The position numbers were made by a program, and so were the translations under genes. The notes beneath the pieces were generated by a model. It made no database searches and was not told where the DNA came from. It saw only the letters and a program-made list of their open reading frames with translations. This document shows positions 26,853 to 35,268 of a stretch of DNA of 64,000 nt, in pieces; the stretch's first letter is position 1, and each line of letters opens with the position of its first letter. The DNA is from an uncultured Acidobacteriota bacterium (GTDB lineage Bacteria > Acidobacteriota > Vicinamibacteria > Vicinamibacterales > UBA2999): contig CAWAYR010000018.1 of the NCBI GenBank assembly GCA_963786365.1, positions 596,078-660,077 of the forward strand, read 5' to 3'.

Positions 26853-26887
26853 ATCAGCAGGTCGTCGGTTCGAGTCCGACCGCCGGC
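26816..26887 (+). repeat. Exact 36-bp tandem duplication of the tRNA-Thr 3' half (att-like)
   Basis: aatcagcaggtcgtcggttcgagtccgaccgccggc at 26816-26851 and 26852-26887. Confidence 0.93.
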
Positions 26888-26956
26888 TCCACATTTCCCT
26901 AGACATTTCGCCCGGTTTCGCTTCCGCGCGTGTCCGGAGTGCAGTAGGCTCCCGGC

Positions 26957-27931
26957 ATGCCACCAACCAGTCGGCAGCGAAGGAAGCTGGAGAAGCAACT
27001 CCTGATCTTGCCTTTGATCTTCCTGGTCGGCGGGCTCGTTCTTGTGCTGCCGTCGATCGTCAGCTTCCAGGATGTGTGGGGCGATGCGAAGGCGGTCGCC
27101 GAATGGAACAATCCGCTCTGCGGCCCCCTCGATGCGTTCGCCGGGCTCCAGAAAGCCCACGGCGTGACTCACCGAGCCGAAGAGATCGAGCGCGCGAGCC
27201 GCTACGTGCGCGAGGACGGCGGCCTGTATCAGTACGAAACGCCCGCCGGGTCATTTTGGATGCCGCAGGCGAACGACCTGCACAGCATCGCGGTCGTGCT
27301 TGCCGAACAAGAATTTGCCATGTACGGCGACTCCGGCGGCCTGGGCGTCCACGAAGGCGACGTTGTCATCGACGGCGGGGCGCACGTAGGCCTCTTTGCA
27401 CGGACGGCGCTGGATTCCGGCGCGAGCAAGGTCGTCACCTTCGAAGTCACGCCGAAGTCGAATGAGGCGCTGCGACGAAACTTTGCGACCGAGATCGCGG
27501 CAGGCAAAGTCGTCGTGACGGCCAAGGGCGTCTGGCGGGAAGAGGGCGTCCTCCCGCTGGTCATAGTCGACGACTGCTCGATCTGCAACAGCGTCTCACA
27601 CCCGTGGATGAAGCCGTCGGTGGACGTTCCGCTGACGACAATCGATCACGCTGTCGCAGAACTCGAGCTGGCGCAGGTCAACTTCATCAAGCTGGATGTC
27701 GAGAATGCCGAAGCCAATGCGCTTCGCGGCGCAACGGGCACGCTCGCGAAGTTTCACCCGCGGCTCGCCGTGGCGCTGGAGAACTCCAAAACGCGCGTTG
27801 CCTACGGTCACGAAGTGCTCGGCATCGTGCAGGAAGCCTACGCCGGATACAAGGCGACCTGCGGAGCCGTGACGTACATGGACACCGGCGAACGCATCCT
27901 TCCCGAAGTGCTGCACTTCCAAGTGTATTGA
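26957..27931 (+). CDS. FkbM family SAM-dependent methyltransferase with N-terminal TM helix
   Basis: VVIDGGAHVGLF, FEV, FIKLDVENAE..ALRGA. Confidence 0.88.
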   Translation: MPPTSRQRRKLEKQLLILPLIFLVGGLVLVLPSIVSFQDVWGDAKAVAEWNNPLCGPLDAFAGLQKAHGVTHRAEEIERASRYVREDGGLYQYETPAGSFWMPQANDLHSIAVVLAEQEFAMYGDSGGLGVHEGDVVIDGGAHVGLFARTALDSGASKVVTFEVTPKSNEALRRNFATEIAAGKVVVTAKGVWREEGVLPLVIVDDCSICNSVSHPWMKPSVDVPLTTIDHAVAELELAQVNFIKLDVENAEANALRGATGTLAKFHPRLAVALENSKTRVAYGHEVLGIVQEAYAGYKATCGAVTYMDTGERILPEVLHFQVY

Positions 27932-27972
27932 GGGTCGCAACCTTGACCGGCAGGGGGGCCGATAGCTCATCC

Positions 27973-28092
27973 ATGGGCTATCACGTCATGGTCGCTTGCT
28001 CCGAGACGGGCAAGGCGATCCGCACCGGAATCGAGCTGCCGAGCCTCTGCGCGAGCTTGCTTCTCTCGAAGAGCCATACCGCAGCGCGGTAG
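27973..28092 (+). pseudogene. Truncated copy of the C-x-x-TG-x-AI-x-TG mini-domain
   Basis: YHVMVACSETGKAIRTGIELPSL resembles YRVVIKCPNTGRAIPTGHELSNL of the 29596-29983 protein but lacks the C-terminal CxxC..H.W. Confidence 0.5.
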
Positions 28093-28099
28093 ACGCGGG

Positions 28100-28747
28100 C
28101 TACACCGAAGGCATGGGGACGTCGGCGGTGGCCGCGATTCCCTCGCCGTTCGCGGATTGGTCGGAAATTCTTCGGTCCGCACCGGATGGCCCGTGGTGCT
28201 GCGATCCTTCCATCAGCAGCCGGTTCGCCGGCAGCGCCAGATCCTCGGTGCCCAACTTGTCCACGCCGTCGGCGGTGATCGCGAGCAGGCCGCTGTCGAG
28301 CCGTTCGACCCACCCGCGCTGCTTGAGGTACCAGAGCGGGAACTCCAGATGCTGGCTGGGACAGCCGAGGATCGACTCGAGCGTCACGGAGCCGAGGCCG
28401 CCGTACTGCGGGTCGCGGCGGCGCGCGATGTAGAGCAACGACAGGATGGCGTGGAACAACCGGCGGTCCTCGGCGCGATGATCGCCGGCACCGTCCTGCT
28501 TGAACACCTTCCACGTAAGGGCCCGGTTCTCGTCATAGGTCACGTCGTAGGCGGCGCGCCGGGTCGGATTGGACAGCGTGTCGTAGGCGTGCTGGAGATC
28601 GGTGAAGCGGCCTGCGTCTCCCGTTTCCTGGTTGTCGGGGTGGAAGCGCCTGGCGAGCATCCGGTACACGCGCTCAACCGTGTCCACGGTCGCGTTGGGA
28701 CTGAGTTGCAGTACTTCGTAGTGGTCGACGAACGTTGGCTCCGACAC
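28100..28747 (-). CDS. J-domain (DnaJ-like) protein with possible winged-helix C-terminal domain
   Basis: DHYEVLQL...YRMLARRFHPD...AYDTLS.P.RRAAYD; AGGAG RBS. Confidence 0.85.
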   Translation of the reverse strand: MSEPTFVDHYEVLQLSPNATVDTVERVYRMLARRFHPDNQETGDAGRFTDLQHAYDTLSNPTRRAAYDVTYDENRALTWKVFKQDGAGDHRAEDRRLFHAILSLLYIARRRDPQYGGLGSVTLESILGCPSQHLEFPLWYLKQRGWVERLDSGLLAITADGVDKLGTEDLALPANRLLMEGSQHHGPSGADRRISDQSANGEGIAATADVPMPSV

Positions 28748-29118
28748 CTGTGCTCGCTCCTGAAACGGGGAGGATAGTCAATCGCGTGTCGCAGTGCCAA
28801 GCGCTCTCGACGCTGGCACTGTTGTACTGATATCGGCCGCCCGCGTGAGAAGCGAACAGCCTTGGGAAGTGCGGAAACGGCCTGTTTCTCGCCGTCGGCA
28901 TGGCCGGACTGTGGTGCTGGCGCCGCACCTGTCATCCCGCGCCGTTCGGAGCCTCTGCCACTGAAGAACTCCGGCAGTGGGTACCACTAGGGTACCACGA
29001 GCAGCGGAGTCCTTCCGCCAGCTGTGGAACGCGATGCCTGCCGGAGTCGTCGGCAGGAAACCTCCACACTTCGCTCCCCCGCCTGAGCCGCCGAAATCGC
29101 AATACAATAAACGACCAC

Positions 29119-29484
29119 ATGAGCTATCGGGACTGTCCGAAATGCTCGAAGACGATCGTCGTCGGCCAGCCGTGCCCATACTGTGACCCGGCGCTGGCCG
29201 CGATGGCGGTGCCCCCGGACGCGCGGGCCGCTGGAGTGCAGAGCGGCAGTCACCTCTGCACGTCGTGCGGCTCGCAGATGTACCCGAAGCTGTTCACCAA
29301 GGGCAGCGGCCGGATCGAGCTGATCCTGTGGCTATGCTTCCTGGTGCCGGGCCTGATTTACTCGACCTGGCGCTTCACGACGAAGGGGTTCGTGTGCCGC
29401 GCCTGCGGACAGCCCACCATCATTCCGGCCGACTCACCGATGGCAAAGGCCACGCTGGCGCAAATGCGCGCGCGGCTGCCGTAG
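29119..29484 (+). CDS. Small zinc-ribbon membrane protein (CxxC pairs flanking a TM segment, LITAF-like topology)
   Basis: CPKC..CPYC; CTSC-hydrophobic segment-CRAC. Confidence 0.7.
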   Translation: MSYRDCPKCSKTIVVGQPCPYCDPALAAMAVPPDARAAGVQSGSHLCTSCGSQMYPKLFTKGSGRIELILWLCFLVPGLIYSTWRFTTKGFVCRACGQPTIIPADSPMAKATLAQMRARLP

Positions 29485-29595
29485 CCTGCCGCGCCGTTGC
29501 TTTGCGCCGTATCGGTGTCGCTTCAGACCACCCGCGTTGTGCAGCAAGCTAATTGAGCAGCCGGCGCCCGGCGACGCGCCGCCGGACAGTAATCC

Positions 29596-29983
29596 TCAAG
29601 ACGGCGGCGGCTCGGGCGAGGCCCGGGACGCGTCCCGTTCGATCCAGGCGTCGCCGTGCCGCCACACGTGCCAGCTCGGGCAGGACCGGACAACGGCAGG
29701 CCTCGGGCTGCAAGCCGATGGCGGCGAATCCCTCGAGGTTCGACAGTTCGTGTCCGGTCGGGATGGCCCTCCCGGTGTTCGGACACTTGATGACGACACG
29801 ATACACATCGAGGGGCTCTGGACCCTCCGCGATGGTCCCGTCGGCGTCGGCGTCAGCGGGCAGCGTCCAGACGTGCCGGCACTGGTCACACCGGTAGTAG
29901 CCGCCGACCAACACCTCCTGACCGGGCACCTCCAGTCGGTGCGGCGTCGGTTGTCGGCAATTCGGGCACGCTGCGGGCGGCAT
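29596..29983 (-). CDS. Small two-domain Cys-rich protein (frameshift near 29685)
   Basis: CPNC...YYRCDQCRHVW then KCPNTGRAIPTG...CPV/CPSWHVW..DAW; removing one base gives CPVCPSWHVW. Confidence 0.65.
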
Positions 29984-30520
29984 GGCCACACCTGCTAGGG
30001 GCGACGCGTCCGCGCGCCGACGACCGCGAAGACGATTGGGCTGACGATGAAGTTGATGAGATCTCCCGTTGCCAAGGTGTGGCTCTGCGCCTCGTTGTGC
30101 AGTATTACGGTCGCGCGACGACTCCCGTGATGAATCCGAGAGTCGAGCGACCAACGCCTGAAAAGGCTCAGGCGCGCGGCGGAGGACGGGAGGCGAGCGG
30201 CAGGGAGCTGCGGTCCGTGGAGCGCCGCAGGGGAACGTCGGCCGCAGTGGCAACGGTCAGGGGCGTCACCGGCGGCGCGGCCTGCACGCGCCTGGCATGC
30301 AACCCGGCCCCCCCGTCCGCATGACCGACCTTCGAGCCGGGCGACGCTGGCCGCTTGAACGTCCGGCGCGCAGATTGCCGTGGGCGCCCCGTCGGGATTG
30401 GCCGAGCGGCGCTTGTCGCCGACGCTACTGCGCGCCGTGACGCAGCTCGCGATCGCGAAGAGGACGAGCACGACGCGGACGCCACGGGGTCGCACTGGCC
30501 AGTAGTATAGCCGGCGCGCG

Positions 30521-30760
30521 TTACTTTCTCCGGACCATCGCCAGCAGCCTGGTGGTCGTCGAGGCCCGGCGTGAGGACCCCGTCGGCGGCGTCCACGGCC
30601 CGACGACGGATCGCCCTGCCTCCTGATCCGCGCGGAGTTGCGCCGCTTGCCGTCGCGCCGAGTCGGAGAGCGCCGCCCGGCGACGCCTGAGAAGCTCTTC
30701 GTCCTTGAACGCCGTGCGTTTCGATCCGGCGCCCAGCCAGGTCCACAACGTCTTCAACAC
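30521..30760 (-). CDS. Small basic hypothetical protein
   Basis: 79-aa ORF with a plausible helical composition; no recognised family. Confidence 0.35.
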   Translation of the reverse strand: MLKTLWTWLGAGSKRTAFKDEELLRRRRAALSDSARRQAAQLRADQEAGRSVVGPWTPPTGSSRRASTTTRLLAMVRRK

Positions 30761-31019
30761 ACCCGTTACCTTCGGCCTCCTACCGTGAGGCCGACGTCGC
30801 GCGTGCTAATTCGGTACCAACCTCCGGCAGGCGACAACAGGCCTTGTTCTGTCGAATCGCGCAATCGCGCCCGTGCCGAGGCGACCATTCCTGACAGCGG
30901 AATGACACGTCTGGCAGCGCTAGCGCGTCCCTTTCGCCTCATTACTCTCAGGGACAAGCATCGCGCGCCGATTGCTTTACTGCGCCGGCTTGCCTCAGGT
31001 GCTGGGATCCGGTCATCCA

Positions 31020-31114
31020 TTGTCCACAGGCGCGAATAGTTACCAGGGTGCCGTCGTGGCTGACTAATAATGTTCACAGGGCGGCACCGGCTCCCCCTTA
31101 TCCACTTATCCACT
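31020..31114 (+). promoter_or_regulatory. Cluster of co-oriented DnaA-box-like 9-mers
   Basis: TTGTCCACA 31020, ATGTTCACA 31070, TTATCCACT 31098 and 31106. Confidence 0.5.
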
Positions 31115-31174
31115 GCGACCTGGTGCCGGGACCTCGCAGCGTCGCTGAGGTCCGCCCCCTGCGGGAGATCGAGC

Positions 31175-31501
31175 ATGAGCAAGAAGACGGCGAGCGACAG
31201 TGTGGCCGATCAGATCGCGTCGTTCATCGGCAAGTCGATGGGCGAGCTGCTGAACAAGAAGGAGTCGCTCCAGAGGCAGCTGGCGGAGGTCGAGAAGCAG
31301 ATTTCAGGGGTGCGCAACAAGGTGCTCAAGCAGTTTGGCGGCGCGGCCAAGACCCGGCGCAAGGCCAAGAGCGCCTTGAAGCGGGTCGGGAAAGCGATCC
31401 GCCGGGAACTGTCCCCGGCGACCCGCCGCAAGATGGCCATCGCCGCCAAGAAACGGTGGGCGCGGGTGCGCAAGGCCGCCAAGGACGTCACCGGTGTCTG
31501 A
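31175..31501 (+). CDS. Small basic protein, N-terminal coiled coil plus LSPATRRKMAIAAKKRWA motif; putative nucleoid-associated protein
   Basis: GGGAG RBS; heptad pattern LLNKKESLQRQLAEVEKQISGV; Lys/Arg-rich C-half. Confidence 0.75.
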   Translation: MSKKTASDSVADQIASFIGKSMGELLNKKESLQRQLAEVEKQISGVRNKVLKQFGGAAKTRRKAKSALKRVGKAIRRELSPATRRKMAIAAKKRWARVRKAAKDVTGV

Positions 31502-31578
31502 CCGGTCCGCCGTGCTACTCTGACCCGGTTGCGCCGCACGGCCACCTCAGCCGTGCGGCCGCCTCCGTGGAGGCCGTC

Positions 31579-32362
31579 ATGCGCAGGCCCTGTCGCGTCG
31601 CGCTCGTGGTCGCTTCGCTGCTGCTGCCGGCCATCGCCGGGGCCCAGCCGGAGCGATCCGCAACAGTCCACCACTCCCCCGTCGCTCCCAACCTCGCCGC
31701 CCGACTTCCTGCTCGGACGTCCGCGCGGCCTGCTGGCGATCCGCGGCGGCTGGCTCTTCGCCAACACCGGCAGCGACCTCTACGACTTCATCACCGACCA
31801 GCTCACGATCGACAAATCGTCGTTCAACACCTCGTCGATCTCGGGCGACTTCGGCATCTCGATCGGCTCGCGCTTCGACGTCATCACCACGCTCGAGCAG
31901 TCGAACTCTTCGAGCGCCTCGGAGTACCGGGACTTCATCGACACCGGCGGCGCACCGATCACCCAGACCACGCTGCGCGAGGAATGGATCGTCTCGGGCA
32001 CGATGCGCATGGCGCTGGTACCGCGCGGGCGGCGCATCAGCCGCTTCGCCTGGGTGCCGCGGACCTTCACGCCGTACGTCGGCGTCGGCGCCGGCGGCGC
32101 GAAATACAACATCAAGCAGTACGGCTCGTTCGTCGACTTCCGCACGCTGCGCGTCTTCAACGAGAGCTTCGACTCCGAGGGCTGGACGCCGACCGTGCAC
32201 GCTCTGGCCGGCGCCGACCTGCGGCTCTATCGCCGCCTCTATCTGACCACCGAGGCCCGCTACACCTGGGGCACGGCGGACCTGGACGACGACTTCGTGG
32301 ACTTCGATCCGATCTCGCTCGGCGGGCTGCGGACCTCGGCCGGCGTGCAGATCGTGTTCTGA
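31579..32362 (+). CDS. Outer-membrane beta-barrel protein (OmpW/OmpA-like; frameshift near the N-terminus)
   Basis: Signal peptide, PYVGVGAG strand, C-terminal Phe (AGVQIVF). Confidence 0.75.
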
Positions 32363-32375
32363 GACGAGGACCGCC

Positions 32376-33599
32376 ATGACCGCATCAATCGTCATCGCGC
32401 TGACCGTGCTGGCGGGGGGCGCCCAGGCGCCGGCCGAGCGTCCGACGGTGGACGACCGCTGGCAGCCGTGGCTGGGCTGCTGGCGCGCCGACACCGACGG
32501 CGCCGGCACCAGCGCCCGCCTGTGCGTCACGCCCGGCCCGGACGGCGGGGTGTCGATCGTCACGCTCGTCGGCGTGCAGCAGACCTCCGCGGAGACGCGC
32601 ATCGCCGACGACCGTGATCACGCCGTGACGGTGGACGACTGCCGCGGCAGCGAACGCGTGCGCTGGTCGGCGAACGGACGCCGCTGGTTCCGGACGGCGA
32701 CGGCGACCTGCGGGGCCGAGGCCCCGCGCACCTTGTCGAGCGTGGCGTTCATGACCGAAGGCCCGACCTGGGTCGAGGTGCAGTCGGTGGTGCAGGGCGC
32801 CGAGACCAATGTCCGGGTCCAGCGCTTCCGCCTCGCCGCCAGTCAGCGGCTGGCCGACGGCCGCCCGGTGCAGCAGGCGGGCGCGGGGGCCTTCGAGTTG
32901 GCCGACGTGCCGTGGACGATCGACGACGTCCTCGAGCTGAGCGCCGCGCTGCCGCCCGACGGCGTGCAGGCCGCCATCGGCGAAGGCCGCACTGCGTTCG
33001 CGCTCAACAAGCGCTCGCTGGTGGCGCTGGCCGACGCCAAGGTGGCCGAACGGGTCATCGACCTGATGGTCGGGCTCACCTACCCGTCGCATTTCGTGAT
33101 CAAGAGCGGCGGCGGGTCCACCGCTGGCCTGATGGCGTCGGGCGCCTACGATCCGTTCTTCTCGCCGATCATCGGCCCGGCCGTCTACTACGGCTGCTAT
33201 TCGCCTTATGCCTGGGCCGCCTCCAGCTACTGGCGCGACTGCGGTTCGATGAGCCCGTACCTCCTCGGCTACGGCCCGGGCTATTACTACGGGTACTACG
33301 GCTACGACTACCCGTGGGTCGTCATCCCGGGCGGCGGCACCGGCAGCGGTGGCGGTGGCGGCGAGGTCGTCGTGCAGCCGGAAGGCCGCGTCGTGAACGG
33401 CCGCGGCTACACCCAGGTCACGCCGGTCGAGACCTCGATCGGCGGCGGCAACGGCGGCGGCCGGTCGAGCGGACTGAACAGCGACGGCGGGTCGTCGTCG
33501 GGCGGGTCGAGCGGCGTCTCGTCGGGCGGCTACTCGGGCGGCGGCGGGGGCGGCGGCGACGGCGGCCGCATGGCGATGCCGCGACCGCCCGGGCAATGA
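32376..33599 (+). CDS. Secreted hypothetical protein with Tyr/Gly-rich segment and Gly/Ser-rich tail
   Basis: Intact 407-aa ORF, GAGG RBS, signal-peptide-like N-terminus. Confidence 0.8.
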   Translation: MTASIVIALTVLAGGAQAPAERPTVDDRWQPWLGCWRADTDGAGTSARLCVTPGPDGGVSIVTLVGVQQTSAETRIADDRDHAVTVDDCRGSERVRWSANGRRWFRTATATCGAEAPRTLSSVAFMTEGPTWVEVQSVVQGAETNVRVQRFRLAASQRLADGRPVQQAGAGAFELADVPWTIDDVLELSAALPPDGVQAAIGEGRTAFALNKRSLVALADAKVAERVIDLMVGLTYPSHFVIKSGGGSTAGLMASGAYDPFFSPIIGPAVYYGCYSPYAWAASSYWRDCGSMSPYLLGYGPGYYYGYYGYDYPWVVIPGGGTGSGGGGGEVVVQPEGRVVNGRGYTQVTPVETSIGGGNGGGRSSGLNSDGGSSSGGSSGVSSGGYSGGGGGGGDGGRMAMPRPPGQ

Positions 33600-33607
33600 C
33601 CGCGCGA

Positions 33608-35213
33608 CTAGGCGCTGCGCACCGCGCCCGCAGACGTGCTGTGCGGTCGCGAAGATTTCGCGCCCGGCACGGTCGTGGAGGCTGGCGCGCAGCGCCCCGG
33701 TCGCGGCCTCGACGACCAACCGGCCGAAGAACTGGAAGCCCTCGCTGGGCGGACGGTTGGGCTTCATCCCGGCCGGGATGCCGAGGAAACGCAGCTCGGG
33801 TCCGAAGGTCGGGTCGAGGCGGGTTCGGCCCGAACGTCCCGGCATGGAGCGGCCCGGCGACGAACTCCCAGAACGGCGTGAACTCGGTGAAGCGCGCCCG
33901 CGCCGGGTCGTAGTGGTGCGCGGCCGCATAGTGCACGTCGCCGGTGATCCACACGACGTTGTCGACGCGGCGATCGCGGATGAACCTGAGCAGCCGGGCG
34001 ATCTCCAGCTCGCGGCCGAGCGGCGGCCCGGGATCGCCGTTGGCGACGGCCTCGAAGCGATCCGGGACCGTCGCCGACGACCAGGCCGATCGGCAGGCTG
34101 CTCGCCATCACCTTCCACGGCGCGGTGCTCGTCCGCCAGCGCGCCCTCGAGCCACCTGACCTGCGCCTCGCCGAGATGCGCCGTGGCCTCGCCGGCGACC
34201 GGCTGCCGGTTGGCGCTGTTGGACCCGCGGTAGCTGCGGTAGTCGAGCAGGAAGACCTCGACCGGGCCGTAGCGCACGCGGCGATACAGGCGCTCGGGGT
34301 CGCGGCCGTCGATCGGCAGCGGCGTGTACTCGCCCTGCGCCTGCCGGGCCCGGGCGGCGAGCAGCGCGACCGACGCGACGGCGTAGCGCGGCATCGCCGT
34401 CCTGACGGCGCTCCGGATACCAGTTGTCGCGCACCTCGTGGTCGTCCCACACGGTGAGCTGGGCGACCTGCGCGTTGAAACGGCGCATGTGCGCGTCCTG
34501 CAGGTTGTAGCGGTAGTTGCCGCGGAATTCGTCGACCGTCTCGGCCGGCTTGGCTTTGGCGGGGCTCGCCAGGCTGCGCCAGGTGCCGCCGCCGTCGAGC
34601 GGCACGGCGAGGCCGACCGGCTGGTCGGCATAGATCGCGTCGCCGAGATTCACGAACAGGTCGGGCTCGGCTCCGAGCATGCTGGCGTAGGTCTGCATGC
34701 CGCCGAACGCCGGGTCGAGGCCCCAGCCCTGCCCGACCGTGTCGGCCGAGAACACCAGCGACACGTCGCGGCCGCGCGCCGGCCGGCGCCGTGCACCAGG
34801 CTGCCGACCGCCGGCTCGCTCCACCGGCGCAGATCGGCGAGATCCTGGAAGCGGACCCGGTAGAACATGCGCTGCCCGCGCGGCAGGTCGGGCAGGTAGA
34901 CCCGGGCGGTGAAGTCGCTGCCCTCGAGCGCCGCCGGGCCCGAATATGTGACGGGCGTCATCAAAACGCGTCGGTGGTCGCCCACTCCACCTGGAGCCGG
35001 GCCGCCCGATCCGCCCGCGCCCAGACCAGCCCGGTCGCCTCGTCGACGAGGGTCGAGGCGACGCCGTCGGTCACGACCGGGCGCAGCCCCAGCGCCGGCG
35101 ACGATCGCCGGCGCCTGGCCGAACAGCGGCGACACGCGAGACGCGCAGACGCGACGCCACCGGCCGCGACGACTGCGAAGCAGCCGTCGGCGGCCGGTGT
35201 CGACGCGTCGCAT
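33608..35213 (-). CDS. phoD: Alkaline phosphatase D family protein with Tat-like signal (multiple frameshifts)
   Basis: GRRRLL Tat-like motif; FSADTVGQGWG, NLGDAIYAD, WDDHEV.DNWYP, LDYRSYR, WITGDVHY. Confidence 0.88.
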
Positions 35214-35228
35214 CGGTGTGCCGTGCCG

Positions 35229-35268
35229 AGTCCCCTGGTCCGCTAGTCCGCTAGTCCCTAGCCGCTAG
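35229..35268. repeat. Degenerate 7-8-mer array overlapping the TonB receptor stop codon
   Basis: agtcccct-ggtccgct-agtccgct-agtccct-agccgct-ag. Confidence 0.75.

Noticed and set aside
26816-26887. 36-bp repeat as a CRISPR array
   Set aside because: Two abutting copies with no spacer, identical to the tRNA 3' half, and no cas genes in the window.
28912-28931. TGGTGCTGG as the reverse complement of a tRNA 3' end (distal att site)
   Set aside because: It does not match the tRNA-Thr end (CGCCGGCTCCA) and no T-arm is recognisable.
29995-30495. 166-aa minus-strand ORF with a lipoprotein-like start
   Set aside because: No recognisable domain and likely frameshifted; support too weak to annotate.
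30766-31182. Firm call of oriC
   Set aside because: No dnaA, dnaN or gidA nearby, no clear long AT-rich unwinding element, and skew cannot be computed here; kept only as a DnaA-box-like cluster.
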